Source: Macrostomum lignano (lineage: Eukaryota). From it: a stretch of DNA of 64,000 bases. The position numbers were made by a program, and so were the translations under genes. The notes under the pieces were generated by a model. That model was not told the origin of the DNA, ran no database searches, and saw nothing but the letters and a program-made list of their open reading frames with translations. This document shows positions 62,163 through 64,000 of the stretch, in pieces. Positions within the stretch are counted from its first letter, which is position 1. Every line of letters starts with the position of its first letter. The stretch lies in assembly GCA_002269645.1 (NCBI GenBank), contig NIVC01001877.1:62001-126000 (forward strand). The letters are read 5' to 3'.

Positions 62163-63649
62163 ATGCCAATCCCATTGTTAACCAGACGAGCACAGCGGCA
62201 CTGCCTGCTGTTACTGATTGTTGCTGCATTTCTTGGCTTTGCATTCTTAGCCTATCTGTGGCTACCTGAGCTGGCCACTGCTGGCACAGGTGCAGATAAT
62301 ATTGGTCTGGCTGGCGGCCGGCATGGTGGCCCATTGGAGATCGATCCGCATGCTCTGCAGGATAAGCGAGCTTTGTATGGCAAAATCCAGGCCGACCAGA
62401 TGCGACAGGCCGCTTACAGGCAATTGATAGATCGGCTGCATCTGGCCGAGACTGAGCTGGTCAAGCTGCGCAAGCAGATTGAAGTAGAGAAATTGAAATT
62501 GACTAATTTAACTCGACAGGCTGGTTTGCAACCTATGGTTAGTGATTTTAGTCTTGGTTCGTTTGTGTCGCCAGTGCTGCTGTTTTAATCTTATATATCA
62601 GTGCGAAATCTAATCTGACAGGTGCCACTGCTCTAATCTCACCAATTTTATCCCACAACCTCACATCTCACACATCTCATCATCTCACATCTCACCCAGT
62701 GGCGGGGCGGGGGGGGGCGGGCTGCCCCCGGGTGACCACCCCTCACCACCCTCAGGGGGTGACCACCCCCAGGGGGTGACCACCCACTTAAAAAAATTGG
62801 TACTTTACCATATTTTTTCAAAAGTGTGGTCACCCCATGGGGCATGGGGGTGGTCACCTGAGACCTCAGGGGGTGGTCACCCGGTAGGGCCTGTAGGCTG
62901 TAAGGGTGGTCACCCTTTGAGGGCGAACCGCGAACCGCGAATTATTGAAGAGTTAAGGATCTTAGATCAACTTTAATGATAATTTTTTTTTGATAATTTT
63001 TTCTGGGGGTGACCACCCAGCCGGGGGGGGGGTGACCACCCAACCACCGCCCCCCCCAGCTGGAGGTCCTGCGCCGCCACTGATCTCACCTCTAATCTCG
63101 CACAGTCACAAATTTCTTCCTCTAATCTCACCCTAATGCCACAAAATTCTTCCTCTAATCTCACTCTTATCTCACTAAAAGCCCCTCTATCTCACTCTAA
63201 TCTTACTAATAACCCCCTCTAATCTCACTCTAATCTCACCCATAACCCCCTCTTATCTCAAGTATCCCATCTAATCTCACACTTATCTCACCATTACCAA
63301 CGACCTAATTAAAAAATCGCAGCATCCCGAGCATCATCAGCAGCAGCAGCCGGCGCCCCCGGCCGCAGCCTCGGCTGGCCCAGTCAATCACACTGTACTG
63401 GCTATGCGCGACAAAGTGCGCGACATGATGCGCTTCGCTTGGACTTCGTACGAGCGCTACGCCTGGGGCATGAATGAGCTGCGGCCTGTGAGCAAAATCG
63501 GTCACACTACTACCATATTTGGCAGTCAGCCAATCGGCGCCACAATTGTTGACGCCGTGGACACGCTCTACATGATGAATTTGCAAGACGAGTTTAAAAA
63601 GGCGCGCGATTGGATCAAAGATAATCTGCAGTTTGATAAGGACACTCAG
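62163..63649 (+). CDS. MAN1A: Golgi mannosyl-oligosaccharide alpha-1,2-mannosidase (GH47), first two coding exons; gene continues beyond the window
   Basis: Exon 62163-62537 (type II signal anchor plus coiled-coil stem) and exon 63323-63649 (RDKVRDMMRFAWTSYERYAWGMNELRPVSK..GATIVDAVDTLYMMNL.DEFKKARDWI). Confidence 0.93.
62697..63082. mobile_element. 386-bp hAT MITE in MAN1A intron
   Basis: TIRs CAGTGGCGG / CCGCCACTG; perfect 8-bp TSD ATCTCACC; many GGTGACCACC / GGTGGTCACC motifs. Confidence 0.92.
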
Positions 63650-63699
63650 GTGCGCTGTTGAGTATATATTGTCACTGTCATTTTCGTTAAAACCTATGG

Positions 63700-64000
63700 C
63701 CAGTAGCCTACCCACCCTACTCATTCTATGGTCAGAAGCCTACCCACCCTACTCATTCTATGGTCGGTAGCCTACCCACCCTACTCATTCTATGGTCGGT
63801 AGCCTATAAACCCTACTCATTCTATGGTGAGCAGCCTACCCACCCTACTCATTCTATGGTCGGTAGCCTACCCACCCTACTCTTTCTATGGCCAGTAGCT
63901 TACCCACCCTACTCATTCTATGGTCGGTAGCCTACCCACCCTACTCATTCTATGGTCGGTAGCCTACCCACCCTACTCATTCTATGGTCGGTAGCCTACC
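63700..64000. repeat. 32-bp minisatellite (AGCCTACCCACCCTACTCATTCTATGGTCGGT) in MAN1A intron, running off the window
   Basis: About 9 units visible. Confidence 0.95.

Overview
Intron-rich invertebrate animal genomic DNA. The GC-rich exons and minisatellite-filled introns are reminiscent of a free-living flatworm such as Macrostomum, but that is a low-confidence guess. I could reconstruct five host genes: PAXBP1/GCFC2-like (+, 667-5721), a class A peptide-type GPCR (-), CHMP4/Snf7 (-, with a 10.5-kb first intron), PRXL2C/AAED1 (-, with a 1-nt frameshift at the CxxC position) and the 5' part of a GH47 alpha-1,2-mannosidase (+). There are also degenerate fibrinogen-domain and secreted/receptor-like fragments. 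The rest is dominated by mobile DNA and tandem arrays: a 4.4-kb hAT transposon with perfect TIRs and TSD, several non-autonomous hAT families, two LTRs (one solo with TSD, one followed by a tRNA-Leu-like PBS), Helitron-type elements carrying minisatellites, SINE and LINE remnants, and two diverged copies of an unclassified 2-kb element. The most striking observation is a 287-bp hAT MITE inserted into the catalytic motif of the hAT transposase. It carries a ~64-nt piece of 28S rRNA centred on the R2 retrotransposon / I-PpoI target site, with changes clustered at the cut site. Also notable are CpG-decay domains inside host introns, strong enrichment of the palindrome TACATGTA, and a cluster of triloop hairpins. 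All alignments and counts were done by eye; no database searches were run.
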